Shown in pieces: positions 28,521 to 41,200 of a stretch of DNA of 46,539 nucleotides. Origin of the DNA: Reclinomonas americana ATCC 50394 (lineage: Eukaryota); NCBI GenBank assembly GCA_048213135.1, contig PS015232.1:1-46539 (forward strand), in the 5' to 3' direction. A program made the position numbers and the translations under genes. Numbering within the stretch: the stretch's first letter is position 1; each line of letters starts with the position of its first letter. Under the pieces are notes generated by a model. That model searched no databases and was not told the origin of the DNA. It saw nothing but the letters and a program-made list of their open reading frames with translations.

Positions 28521-29108
28521 ATCTCTCTCAGCTGTGCTGTCATCTGCTCTCTCTTTCTTGCTCTCTCTCTCTCAGACAAAGGAAAGACGAGCACACTCAG
28601 CGAGGGCGTGTGTTTGTGCGAGAGAGGGGGCTGCATCCCAACCAGTCTGCCTGCTGCATGAATCCTGCAATGTTAACGGAAGAGAGTTCTCTCATTCACT
28701 CTCTTGCACTCCCGCCCTCTAAAGACAACAGAGAGGAGACGAGTGTACACAGTGCAAGAGAGGGGGTTCTGCCTTCTGCATTGATGCTGCTATGAATGAG
28801 AGAAAGAGAGACAGTTCTCTCTCCCACTCGCCCTCTCTCACTCCCCGACTTGCCAGAACTCTCTCCCTTCCCTTCCATCCCCACTTGCACAGCACCCTCC
28901 CTCCTTTCCTCATCTCTGTATCTCACAACACCCTTCCTCTCTCATTCCCTTCTCCCCTCACACAACTTGACCAGCGCATCGCGGATACCCGCCAAGTCAC
29001 TCGGTTGATGCATCCTCCCTTTGCTCTTCTCCTCCTCCTCTCCACGCCACACTTCAGCCTCGACTATTTTTATTCCGACAACCAAATCCAACCGATTTCC
29101 CGCCTTTC

Positions 29109-32100
29109 TCAAATCTGCTGCTTCTTCGCCGCCGAATTCATGTACGGTCTCAACACCCACTCGTTCTCCGCCTCCGTCATGTCCACCGTGCCCAGGCGGA
29201 TCTGGAACAGGCGCAGTTCGAAGCGCGGACCCACCTCCTTCAGCACTGTCTGGCCGTCTTGCACCTCGTAGATGTGATGCCTTTTGTGGGGGAAGGGAGG
29301 AGGGTGAAGTGAGGAGAGTGCAATGTAAAGAGTCCACGCTATGGTCAGTACACTGCTCTTCCCTCCTTTCTGCGTCCATCTCAACAGAACGTGTGCGAGT
29401 GCCGATCTTCTAATCTTGCTGGCTCCGCAATTCTCCAACACCCCGTGCAACTCTCTCTCTCTCTCAGCCTTCAGCTCTTCGGCCTCTCATTGCAACCAGA
29501 ATGACAGCGTCTCATTTCTCATCTTGTGCATACATCCTTCCTTCTCCACTGCGTGCATTCTTCCGTTTCACACGTACGACAACTTAGCAGTGTCTATGCT
29601 GAGTGAAAGAGACAAGGAAAAGTTTGAGAGAGAATGCTTGAGAGAATTGAGAGTGAACAAGAGAGAAAAAGAATGACTGAGAGAAAGAAAGCGAGAAGAT
29701 CAAGTAACAAAAACTGTCACGAAGTATCACACCTCACTCCAGTTTGTCGATAACGAAATCGCAACGTACACCTCGAGCTTTCTTCTAAAGCACAAGTGTG
29801 ACAACTCAGCAGTGTCTCTGGTGAGTGAAAGAGGTACATAGAGAACGATTGAGAGAGAAAGAGAAAGAGAGAAAGAGAAGAGAAAGAGAAGAGAAGAAGA
29901 AGATACGTATAATTACGTATAATAGTATAGTCTATACTAAGTTTANNNNNNNNNNNNNNNNNNNNNNNNNNNNNNNNNNNNNNNNNNNNNNNNNNNNNNN
30001 NNNNNNNNNNNNNNNNNNNNNNNNNNNNNNNNNNNNNNNNNNNNNNNNNNNNNNNNNNNNNNNNNNNNNNNNNNNNNNNNNNNNNNNNNNNNNNNNNNNN
30101 NNNNNNNNNNNNNNNNNNNNNNNNNNNNNNNNNNNNNNNNNNNNNNNNNNNNNNNNNNNNNNNNNNNNNNNNNNNNNNNNNNNNNNNNNNNNNNNNNNNN
30201 NNNNNNNNNNNNNNNNNNNNNNNNNNNNNNNNNNNNNNNNNNNNNNNNNNNNNNNNNNNNNNNNNNNNNNNNNNNNNNNNNNNNNNNNNNNNNNNNNNNG
30301 AGAGAGAGAAGAAGACAGAGAGAGAGAGAAGAGAGAGAAGAGAAGAGAAAGAGAAGAGAAAGAGAAAGAGAGAAAGAGAGAAAGAAAGAAAGAGAAAGAG
30401 AGAAAGAAAGAGAATGATTGACAGAAAGAAGGACGGCAGACCGAGAGTGAAAGAGAGTGAAAGAGAGAGACACGAAAAAACATTCACGAAGCACCTTGCC
30501 TCTCTTCCTTCCCTCTTCCCCCCTTGCCTCTCCCTTCCCTCTTCCCCCTTTTCCTCCCTCCCCCCTTACCCTTCCCCTTCCCCTCTAATCCCTTCCCCTC
30601 CTATCCCTTTCCCTTCCCGCTCACCTGAACGAAATATAATCATTCGAGTTCGCAAACGTGATAATGCGCCGCGTGTCGGGCCTCGGCACCGGGAACAGGA
30701 ACTTCAGAATATTCGCCACACGCTTGCCGAGCTTCGTCGTGAAATTCTCCATCACCAGGTGCGGATAGGCGGTGGGAATCGTGCCGTCGGCCTTGATGTC
30801 GTGGCGCGAGACGGCGTTGACAATGGCAAAGTAGGCGGTGGGACCGTAGGGGAGGTGGGAGATGATGAGGCCGTCTGTGGAGGGAAAGGGGGAAGAGGGG
30901 GGAAAGGGGGCGATGTCAGAAGGAGGGAGAGGGAGAGCGAGAAAGAGAGGTGGAGAGAGAGAGAGGAGGGAGAGAGAGAGACAAAGAGGGAGACATACAG
31001 AGAGAGAGGCAAAGAGAGACAATCACAGAGAATGTGCGGATGCTCTTCGTCTCTCTATCATCGCATCCCTTCCCCTTTTCCTTTCCCTTCTCACGCACCT
31101 GGCTCCCCGCGATGCTCATGCACCAAAATCAAATCGGTAAACTCGTGCGTGCGGCACGACTTGACAATGTTCTTGATGACGTGCTGGCCGCGGTTCATGC
31201 GCTGCGTGTTGGGGAACACAAACGACAGCTCCTTGACGAATTGGATGAGGCGCGAGCTGGGGTCGCGCGAGGTGGTGATGAGGATGCGCGGGTCCTCCAT
31301 GCCGGCGCGGGCGTACTCGTCGTCGACGGTGGAGGCGGCGGCTGTGGAGGGGGAGAAGGGGGAAAGAGGGGAAGGGGGAAGGGAAAGTGAGGGGATGAAG
31401 GGGAGAGAAGGGGAGAGAAGGGGAGAGAGGGAGATAAAGGGAGAGAAGGGGAGAGAAGGAGAGAAAAGGGAGGGAAAATGGAGAGAAAAGGGAGAGAAAA
31501 GGGAGAGAAAGAGAGAGAAAAGGGAGAGACAAGGGGAGAGACAAAAGGGGACAAGGGGGAGAGAAAGGGGAAGAGAAGGGGGAATAGAAGGGGAGAAGGA
31601 GAGATTGACCACTCGTCTCCCTCGTCGCCCATAAGCACTCAAACGAGGGCGCTTGACGCGGTTCCTTCAGCACGCCTGCAAAGCTTGCAGAGCTGCTCTC
31701 ACTCACTCTTTCCCACACTTCCTCGCTGTATCCTTCTCCTATCTCCCTCGCACCAACAAGATCTCAAATACAGAGCGTCTGATTGACTTTCTCTCACAGC
31801 TGCACAGTTTGCAGAACAATACACACCCAGCTCTCCTCCCTCCACCACGTCGTTGCACACTTACTGCCCAGTCTCCTTCTGTCATCTTCAGTCTCGCTCT
31901 CGCCCACATGCATTAAACGAGGGCATCTATCTCATCCTTCAATCTGCAAAGCTTGTAGCGCCGTCCTCCTATCACACCAACAAAATCTCAAATGCAGAGC
32001 GTCTGATTGGCTTACTCTCACAGCTGCACAGTTTGCAGAACAACACACGCCCAGCTCTCCTCCCTCCACCACGTCGTTGCACACTTACTGCCCAGTCTCC

Positions 32101-33426
32101 TACTGCCATCTTCAGTCTCGCTCTCGCCCACATGCATTCAAACGAGGGCATCTATCTCATTCCTTCAATCTGCAAAGCTTGTAGCACAACAAGATCTCAA
32201 AAATAGAGCGTCTGATTGGCTTTCTCTCACAGCCGCACAATGTACAGAACAACACACACCCAGCTCTCCTTCCTCCATCTCGTTGTCACATCTTCAAAGA
32301 ACTCAAACATAGTGCAAAAATAGTGCACCTCACGCTGTTCCGCGCATCACAGCTGCACAACATACAACACACGCCCAGCTCTCCTCCTTTCCTCTCTCCA
32401 AACACCTTCCATCCCTCTCTCCCCTTTTCATCCCCCCTTCTCTCCCCTTCTCTCCTCTTCTCTTCCCCTTTCTCGTCCCCCTGTCTCTCCCCTTGTCTCT
32501 CCCCTTGTCTCTCCCTTTTCTCTCCCTTTTCTTTTCCTTTTCTTTTCCTTTTCTCTCCCTTCTCCTCCCTATTCCCCAATGACTCACCCGCGGTCCTCTC
32601 ATCCTCCATCTCCATCTCATGCCGCAACGTGTGCACATCATCCACAATCTCCGTCGCCACACGCTGCTTCTCTGCAACCACAAAAAGAAGAGTGAGTCCA
32701 AAAAAAAATTCATGTGCACATGCACATCATCAACACGCACACACACTCAAAAAAATAAAAGTGACGCGCGCTCTCTCTCTTCTCTTTTGTGCATGCGACT
32801 CACCAGCGATGGCGCGCTTGATCAGGCTCTTCTTCTCGGCCTTGCTGGCCTCCTGAATCTCCACATTCTTCTTGTAGATGTACTCGCGGCGGAGGCGGGA
32901 GTCGCGGCGATCCTGTGAGGAAGTGAGTGAGTGGGAGGGAGTGTGCACAAGGGAGAAGGAGAGAGAAGGGAGAAAGAGAAGGGAAGGCAGAACAAAGAAA
33001 GGCGGATGAAAAGGAACAGAAAAAGAGAGACTGAGAGAGACAGTGTGCGTGTGTGTGTGTGTGCGCGCGTGAGTGCGTATGTGTGAGAACGAGATCGCGT
33101 GTGTGAGTGTGCACAAGGGAGAAGAGAGAGAAGAAGGGAGAAAAAGAGATGGGAAAAGAGAAGAAGAGAAGAAGAAAGAGTAAAGACAGGGAACGAGAGA
33201 GGGCGAGAGAGAGAGAGAGCATGTGTGTGTGTGCGTGCGTGTAAGTGTAAACAAGAGTGAAGGCGAGAACAGAGAGAAGAGAGAGAAGAGAGGAGAAGAG
33301 AGGAGAAGAGAGAAAAAAGAATGCAGCCTCTCTCTTTCTTTCTCTTTCTCTCTCTCACACACACACTCCCACACACACACACTCTCTCTCTCACACACAC
33401 ACACACTCGCGCACTCTTCTCACCAT
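29109..33426 (-). CDS. IMP4: U3 snoRNP protein IMP4 (Brix domain)
   Basis: Exons 33426-33424 (ATG only), 32912-32804, 32671-32588, 31341-31099, 30874-30625, 29280-29109. Protein: MDRRDSRLRREYIYKK...VDDEYARAGMEDPRILITTSRDPSSRLIQFVKEL...QRMNRG...[23 protein letters not shown]...ISFRHHIY...LKEVGPRFELRLFQIRLGT...EWVLRPYMNS. Confidence 0.96.
31640..32385 (+). repeat. Degenerate tandem repeat, ~225-nt unit, in IMP4 intron 3
   Basis: aaacgagggc / atctcaaat.cagagcgtctgattg / cacagctgcacagtttgcagaacaa blocks repeated about three times. Confidence 0.88.
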
Positions 33427-33542
33427 TCTGTGTTTGTTGTTTCGTTTTGTACGAAGTCGATGTCGACTTGTGCTCGCCGTTGCGCGCTTTTTTGCTTTTG
33501 TCTATCGTCGCGTTTCGTTGTTGTGTGTGAAGAGAAAGAGAT
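33427..33542. promoter_or_regulatory. Putative short bidirectional promoter/5'UTR region between IMP4 and the BRCT gene
   Basis: 116 nt of non-microsatellite sequence between divergent ATGs at 33426 (-) and 33543 (+). Depends on the tentative BRCT start exon. Confidence 0.4.
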
Positions 33543-35192
33543 ATGGAGGACGAGGGCGATGCTGTTGCGTTTATTTGCTGTGTAGAGAGAATGTGATGGA
33601 GAGCAAGAGGAAAGAGAGAGACAAGGGAAACATCAGTTGCTCTTTTCTCTCTCTCTCTCTCTGTGCTCTCTCCTCGCAGCACTTTGCCTCCTTCATTCCT
33701 TCAGTGCCTCTTCTGCATTGTTGACAAATCGCTGCTCTCTCTCGTTCTCTCTCTGCTCTGCTCTGCTCTGCGTTGCTCTGCTCTGCTCTTCTTTCCTCCT
33801 CTGCTCTGCCGTGCTCTACTCTCCCCTGCTCTGATCTGCTCTGCTCTGCTCTCTCATCGCAGCACATTGCCTCCTTCATACCTTCAGTCTCGCATTCTTC
33901 ATTGTCGACAAATCGCTGATCTCTCGTTCTCTCTCTCTCTGCCCTGCTGCGTTGTTCTACTCTGCTCTTTTCCTCTCTCTCTCTCTCTCTCTCCCTCTGC
34001 TTCTCTTCTCTCTCTACGTACTCTACTACTACTCTTCTTCTTACTTACTTCCTTTCCTTCTACCTCTCCTCTCTCTCTCNNNNNNNNNNNNNNNNNNNNN
34101 NNNNNNNNNNNNNNNNNNNNNNNNNNNNNNNNNNNNNNNNNNNNNNNNNNNNNNNNNNNNNNNNNNNNNNNNNNNNNNNNNNNNNNNNNNNNNNNNNNNN
34201 NNNNNNNNNNNNNNNNNNNNNNNNNNNNNNNNNNNNNNNNNNNNNNNNNNNNNNNNNNNNNNNNNNNNNNNNNNNNNNNNNNNNNNNNNNNNNNNNNNNN
34301 NNNNNNNNNNNNNNNNNNNNNNNNNNNNNNNNNNNNNNNNNNNNNNNNNNNNNNNNNNNNNNNNNNNNNNNNNNNNNNNNNNNNNNNNNNNNNNNNNNNN
34401 NNNNNNNNNNNNNNNNNNNNNNNNNNNNNNNNNNNNNNNNNNNNNNNNNNNNNNNNNNNNNNNNNNNNNNNNNNNNNNNNNNNNNNNNNNNNNNNNNNNN
34501 NNNNNNNNNNNNNNNNNNNNNNNNNNNNNNNNNNNNNNNNNNNNNNNNNNNNNNNNNNNNNNNNNNNNNNNNNNNNNNNNNNNNNNNNNNNNNNNNNNNN
34601 NNNNNNNNNNNNNNNNNNNNNNNNNNNNNNNNNNNNNNNNNNNNNNNNNNNNNNNNNNNNNNNNNNNNNNNNNNNNNNNNNNNNNNNNNNNNNNNNNNNN
34701 NNNNNNNNNNNNNNNNNNNNNNNNNNNNNNNNNNNNNNNNNNNNNNNNNNNNNNNNNNNNNNNNNNNNNNNNNNNNNNNNNNNNNNNNNNNNNNNNNNNN
34801 NNNNNNNNNNNNNNNNNNNNNNNNNNNNNNNNNNNNNNNNNNNNNNNNNNNNNNNNNNNNNNNNNNNNNNNNNNNNNNNNNNNNNNNNNNNNNNNNNNNN
34901 NNNNNNNNNNNNNNNNNNNNNNNNNNNNNNNNNNNNNNNNNNNNNNNNNNNNNNNNNNNNNNNNNNNNNNNNNNNNNNNNNNNNNNNNNNNNNNNNNNNN
35001 NNNNNNNNNNNNNNNNNNNNNNNNNNNNNNNNNNNNNNNNNNNNNNNNNNNCTCTCTCTCTCTCTCTCTCGTCTCCTCTCTCTACTCTACTCTCGTCTCT
35101 TCTTCTTACTTACTTACGTACGTAACTACGTACGTACTCGTCTCTCTCTCTCTCTCTCTCTCTCCGTCGTCGTCGTCGTTCGTTCTCTCTCT

Positions 35193-35252
<60 letters not shown>

Positions 35253-38200
35253 CTCCCCTCTCCCCTCGCAGCCCACTGCCTCCTTCACATTCTGCTTCTC
35301 ATTCTGCATTCTCTCTCGATTGTATCGATCTCCTGCTTTCGCTCTCTCTCTTTGTCGTTTTCTGCTCTGCTCTCTGCTTCCCTTGCAGAACACTGTCCTC
35401 CTCTCACCGCTCTCTCGGCTGTTCATCTGTTTGTCTCAACGCATACACACCCTGATCATTTCTTTTCTTCTCTCTGCCCTCTGCTCTGTTCTTCGCACTG
35501 TGCTGTGCTGTGTTCTGCTCTCCTCTGCTGTCCTCTGTTCTTCTCCACTCTGCTCTGCTCTGTTCTGTGCTCTGCTCTCCTCTTCTCTCCTCTGCCGTGC
35601 TGTGCTGTGCTCTGCTCTCCCCTGCTCTCCTCTGCCCTGCTCTGCTCTGCTCTGCTCTCCTCTGCTCTGCTCTCCTCTGCTCTTCTCTGCTCTCCTCTGC
35701 TCTCCTCTGTTCTTCTCCACTGTGCTCTGTTCTGCTCTTCTCTGCTCTTCTCTGCTCTCCTCTACTCTTCTCTGCCTCTGCTGTCCTCTGTTCTTCACCA
35801 CGCTGCTCTGTTCTGCTCTCCACTCCTCTCCTCTCTTCTGCTCTGCTCTTGCTCTTCTCTCCTCTCCTCTGCCGTGGTGCTCTGCTCTCCCCTGCTCTCC
35901 TCTGTTCTCCCCTGCCGTACTCAGCCCTGCTCTTCTCTCCACCGCTCTTCTCTCCTTTACTGTGCTCTGCGTGCTCTGCTCTGTTGTGCTTTGCTCTGCT
36001 CCCCTGCTCTCTTCTGCTCTTCCTGTTCTCCCTCAATTTTCCCCTCTATCTTCCCTTTCCATCATCCACCCTGCCCCCCTCTCGTCCACGTTCCCGTTCT
36101 CCCTCTCGCCCACCCTTATTCCCTCTCTCCCACCCTCATTCCCTCTCTCCCACCCTCATTCCCTTTCTCCCTCTCATCCACCCTTCCCCTTCCCCTCCCT
36201 TTCTCCCTCCCTCCTCCCCCTTCTCCCTCCCTCCTCCCCCTTCTCCCTTCTCCTCATCCACCCTTCCCCTCACATCTCACCCACCCTTTCCCTCTTCAGT
36301 NNNNNNNNNNNNNNNNNNNNNNNNNNNNNNNNNNNNNNNNNNNNNNNNNNNNNNNNNNNNNNNNNNNNNNNNNNNNNNNNNNNNNNNNNNNNNNNNNNNN
36401 NNNNNNNNNNNNNNNNNNNNNNNNNNNNNNNNNNNNNNNNNNNNNNNNNNNNNNNNNNNNNNNNNNNNNNNNNNNNNNNNNNNNNNNNNNNNNNNNNNNN
36501 NNNNNNNNNNNNNNNNNNNNNNNNNNNNNNNNNNNNNNNNNNNNNNNNNNNNNNNNNNNNNNNNNNNNNNNNNNNNNNNNNNNNNNNNNNNNNNNNNNNN
36601 NNNNNNNNNNNNNNNNNNNNNNNNNNNNNNNNNNNNNNNNNNNNNNNNNNNNNNNNNNNNNNNNNNNNNNNNNNNNNNNNNNNNNNNNNNNNNNNNNNNN
36701 NNNNNNNNNNNNNNNNNNNNNNNNNNNNNNNNNNNNNNNNNNNNNNNNNNNNNNNNNNNNNNNNNNNNNNNNCCACCTCCTCCCCCACCACCTCCACCAG
36801 CCCCGGTGCAGCAACCGCCGACCGTGGAAGAGTTCCGCCGCCGGCCGGGCGTGCGCATGGAGGTCTTCAACGTGCTGGAGATGATTGTGGAGGTGCCGGA
36901 CCCGACGCAGCCGAACGGCCGACGCATTGTGCGCACCTACACGCAAGTGGACCGTGTGCCGGGTGGCGATGCGGTGGTGCAAGACCCTGCGCCGCCGCCC
37001 GCCACCGTCGAGCAGGTGCTGCAGGTGTACGACGCGGCGCTGGATGCGGCCGAGGAGGCAGTTGCAACCGGAAGCATTGCCTCAGTCGCCGGTGCGGTGA
37101 TTGACGTGCACGGCCCGCTTCCCGCCCCCGCCCCCGCGCCCGCACCCCCTGCCGTCGAGGCTCCCGCCGAGCCTGCTCCTGTCGCAGCAGCAGCAGCAGA
37201 ACCCGCCGCCGCCACTTCCACCACCACCACCACCACCACCACCGCTGCAGCCCCTCCCGCCGATGACTCCATTCCGGGGGCGACGGAGAACGCCATGTAT
37301 GTGGTGAGCGTGCTGCGCAGCATGGGCGCCGAGGTGGATTTCGTGTTCGATCGGCGGCGGCACAATCTGTTCATCGGCAGTGCGACGAGCGACGCCGGCT
37401 ACGCCGAGGCCATTTGTGCCGGCTGTCGCTGCGTGAATGAGCGGTGGCTGGTGCGCTGCCACAATTCGCTGTCGCTGCTGCCGACGTCGGATGTGGATTT
37501 CCAGATTACGCCCAGTAAGACGATTGCGGCGATGGAGAGGATGGTGCGTTACAGGGGAAGGGGGAGAGGGGGAAGGGGGAGGAAGGGGAGAGAAGGGGAA
37601 GGGGGAAGGGAGGAGAAAGGGAGAAGGGGGACGGGAGGAAGTGTGGAGAACATACGTGCTAAATGTGTCTTTCAGTTTGCCACACAGCGCAGAGATATAC
37701 TTGCTTGCTTCAGGAGAGCGGCTTTCCAATGATGCTTTGTTCGCTCTATCCGTTTGTGTTTCCGCGACTGAATGAGCACACCTTTCTCCTCAGCTCTTCT
37801 ACTCCTCATCGGTAGTTGTTTCTTCTTACTTGCAGTGCATCTTCACTCATTTCTCTGCCATTCGACTCCACTTTTTGATGTGTTGTTTTTTATGTGCCAT
37901 CACTGCATTCTAATCATTGTCTCTCTTCTGTTTCCTACTTCGCAGACAATTGCAGTCACCGGATTCCAGGTTTGTTTCTTGCAACACTCGTCGCGCCTCA
38001 CTGTCACGTGCAACTTATCTGAATGCTCGCAGGGCGTGCCTCGCGAGGAACTCAAGCGGTACATTCAGTACATCGGAGCGCGCTACACGGGATACATGAC
38101 GCGTGAGAACACGCATCTCATCTGTCTCAAGTTTCGTGACTGTTGATTCACACGGTTATCAAACATTTTCCTTGTGTCTCGTGGCGTAGAGTGAACCTGT

Positions 38201-41200
38201 AAGTGACTGACACAGAGCGAGAGACACAGTGTGAGCGATTGAGAGAGAAATCTGAGTGGAGCAGTTCGGAAGTGCAGGGTTGTTGAAAGAGCGAGTCTTC
38301 GTGTTCATCCTTTCGCCTTTTCTACTTCATTCATTATTGCATCGTATCCCTTCTTCCCTCTTTCTTGTTTTTCTTCGTTGTGGAGAGCTAGATGTAGACA
38401 ATGGAGCGAGCAAGCTGAGTGCAGAAAGGCGTGTGAAGCCTTCATTTCTTCCTCTTTGCGTTCTTCTTCAGTTTCTTGTGTCTTTTCCGCTTTTTTTGTC
38501 TTCTGTCCCTTCTCTTTTTCTGTTGCCGTCTTGTCCTCTTGCGATGTGTTTTGGTGTTCTTGTTCTGTCGCTCTCCGTCTTAATTCCTCGCTTCACTAGT
38601 CGCACTTTGTTTGTCAGAGGAAGAGAAAGAGAAGAAAGGAGACAAAGTGGCGCGTTTGCATTCTCAACACGCTTCTCTTCTCCTCATTTTCTTGTTATCT
38701 TCTGCTTCCACTTGCTTTCGAAGTCCTCCTGCTCTTCACAGTTTCAGAAGCGCGTCGTCCGTTGCATTTTCTTCATTGGATCTGTTCTTTTCCTTTCGAA
38801 CCTAATTCCCTTCTCCTTCCCATGTAATTACTCATGCTTTTCCCCTTTTCTCTCTTGTCTCTTGTTCTTCTCCCTTTTCCTCCTTCCCCTTCTCCCTTCC
38901 CTTTTCTCCCTTCCCTTTTCTCCCTTCCCTTTTCTCCCTTCCCTTTTCTCCCCTATCTCTTCCTTTCCTCTCCCTTCCCCTCTCACTCTCCTCCTTCTCC
39001 CCCCGCAGGGCCGAGGGCGNNNNNNNNNNNNNNNNNNNNNNNNNNNNNNNNNNNNNNNNNNNNNNNNNNNNNNNNNNNNNNNNNNNNNNNNNNNNNNNNN
39101 NNNNNNNNNNNNNNNNNNNNNNNNNNNNNNNNNNNNNNNNNNNNNNNNNNNNNNNNNNNNNNNNNNNNNNNNNNNNNNNNNNNNNNNNNNNNNNNNNNNN
39201 NNNNNNNNNNNNNNNNNNNNNNNNNNNNNNNNNNNNNNNNNNNNNNNNNNNNNNNNNNNNNNNNNNNNNNNNNNNNNNNNNNNNNNNNNNNNNNNNNNNN
39301 NNNNNNNNNNNNNNNNNNNNNNNNNNNNNNNNNNNNNNNNNNNNNNNNNNNNNNNNNNNNNNNNNNNNNNNNNNNNNNNNNNNNNNNNNNNNNNNNNNNN
39401 NNNNNNNNNNNNNNNNNNNNNNNNNNNNNNNNNNNNNNNNNNNNNNNNNNNNNNNNNNNNNNNNNNNNNNNNNNNNNNNNNNNNNNNNNNNNNNNNNNNN
39501 NNNNNNNNNNNNNNNNNNNNNNNNNNNNNNNNNNNNNNNNNNNNNNNNNNNNNNNNNNNNNNNNNNNNNNNNNNNNNNNNNNNNNNNNNNNNNNNNNNNN
39601 NNNNNNNNNNNNNNNNNNNNNNNNNNNNNNNNNNNNNNNNNNNNNNNNNNNNNNNNNNNNNNNNNNNNNNNNNNNNNNNNNNNNNNNNNNNNNNNNNNNN
39701 NNNNNNNNNNNNNNNNNNNNNNGAAATGATGATCGGCTGATTCTCTTTCTCCCACCCTCCCTCCTCTCCCTCCCTTCCCCCCCTTCTCCCTCCTCTCCCC
39801 CACTAACCATCCTCCTCATCCCCGGCATACACCGACGGCTGCGCGTAGATGCACGTGCTCAACAACACCGACGACGGCGGGTTGCGCATGCGCTGCACCT
39901 CCAGCATCTCCATCTTGAAGCGCCACTCGCGCAGGAAGCGATCCGGCTCAATGTCCAGGGTGCTGTAGCGCTCCTCGGGGAGGCGCTGCCAGTGGAGCAT
40001 GCAGTCGAAGAGCCAGTGCATGTTGACGATGCGGATGTTCCAGTCCTCGGCCTTGGTGTATTTTTNNNNNNNNNNNNNNNNNNNNTCCTCTCCTTTAACC
40101 CTTGATCGTAAACCTTCCCTTTGCTGTAACCCTCGATCATCAATTCTCCTCTCCTTTACCCCTTGATCGTCATCCCTCTTGCAGTAACCCTCAATCATTA
40201 TTTCTCCTCTCTTGTGACCCTTGATCGTCAACCCTCCGTTTCCTGTCACCCTCGATCGTCATTTCTCCTCCGCTGTGACCCTTGATCGTCAACCCTCCGT
40301 TTCCTGTCACCCTCGATCGTCATTTCTCCTCCGCTGTGACCCTTGATCGTCAACCCTCCCTTTCCTGTATCCCTCGGTCATCAATTCTCCTCTCCTGCAA
40401 CCCTTGATCGTCAACCCTCCCTTTCCTGTATCCCTCGGTCATCAATTCTCCTCTCCTGCAACCCTTGATCGTCAACCCTCCCTTCCTGTAACCCTCGATC
40501 ATCAATTCTCCTCTCCCTTAACCCTTGATCATCAACCCTCCCTTTCCTGTAACCCTCGATCATCATTTCTCCTCCTTGGTTGTCACCCATCTTCTGTTCT
40601 GCAACCCTTGATCATGGATTCTCCTCTCTTTTGACCCGTGATCGTTTCTCTCTTTGCTTCCTTCGTCTTTCTTGGTCAGTGGTGCAATTTGACTCGTAAC
40701 CTCGATCACCAATTCGTTATCACGTTCCTTATTCTTTTCCTCTCCCCCCTGTCGCTTCCTCTATTGCCGTTTACCCGCGATTATCAACTTGCGTCCATTC
40801 CTGTTCATCCTCCGTCGATCAATCGCAATCACTAATCGTTGATCGCTCCCTTTGCACCCCCCTTTCCCTCATACCCCCTTTCCCTTCTCCTTCCCCTTAC
40901 ACCCCCTCCTTCCCCTCCATAGACATGACCAGCGACGACATCACCATGTCCACCATCCGCTCCTCACCCATCTCGTCGAGCTCCCACGCCCCCGGCACCC
41001 CACCGATCTCCATGCTGACGCCACCCACTCGCCCGCCCCTGACGGCCACACCTCCCCTGTCCTCCGCTGCCGCCAGCGAGTGCACCGAGGACAGTGCGAG
41101 TGGGCGGGAGCGCGCGACCAGACAGCCACGCGCGCGTGCCAGCAAGCGCAGTCTCGCCGCGGTGGATGCAGAGCTGCGAGTGCCGCACATCAACGCCCCC

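Noticed and set aside
33663-37104. ~1000-aa ORFs and other long L/S/P- or R/E-rich ORFs in the track
   Set aside because: They run through N gaps and CT/GA microsatellites that lack stop codons; not coding.
40087-40640. Regularly spaced ~30-nt repeats resembling a CRISPR array
   Set aside because: Intervening sequences are themselves repeated, there are no unique spacers or cas genes, and the array lies in a eukaryotic intron.
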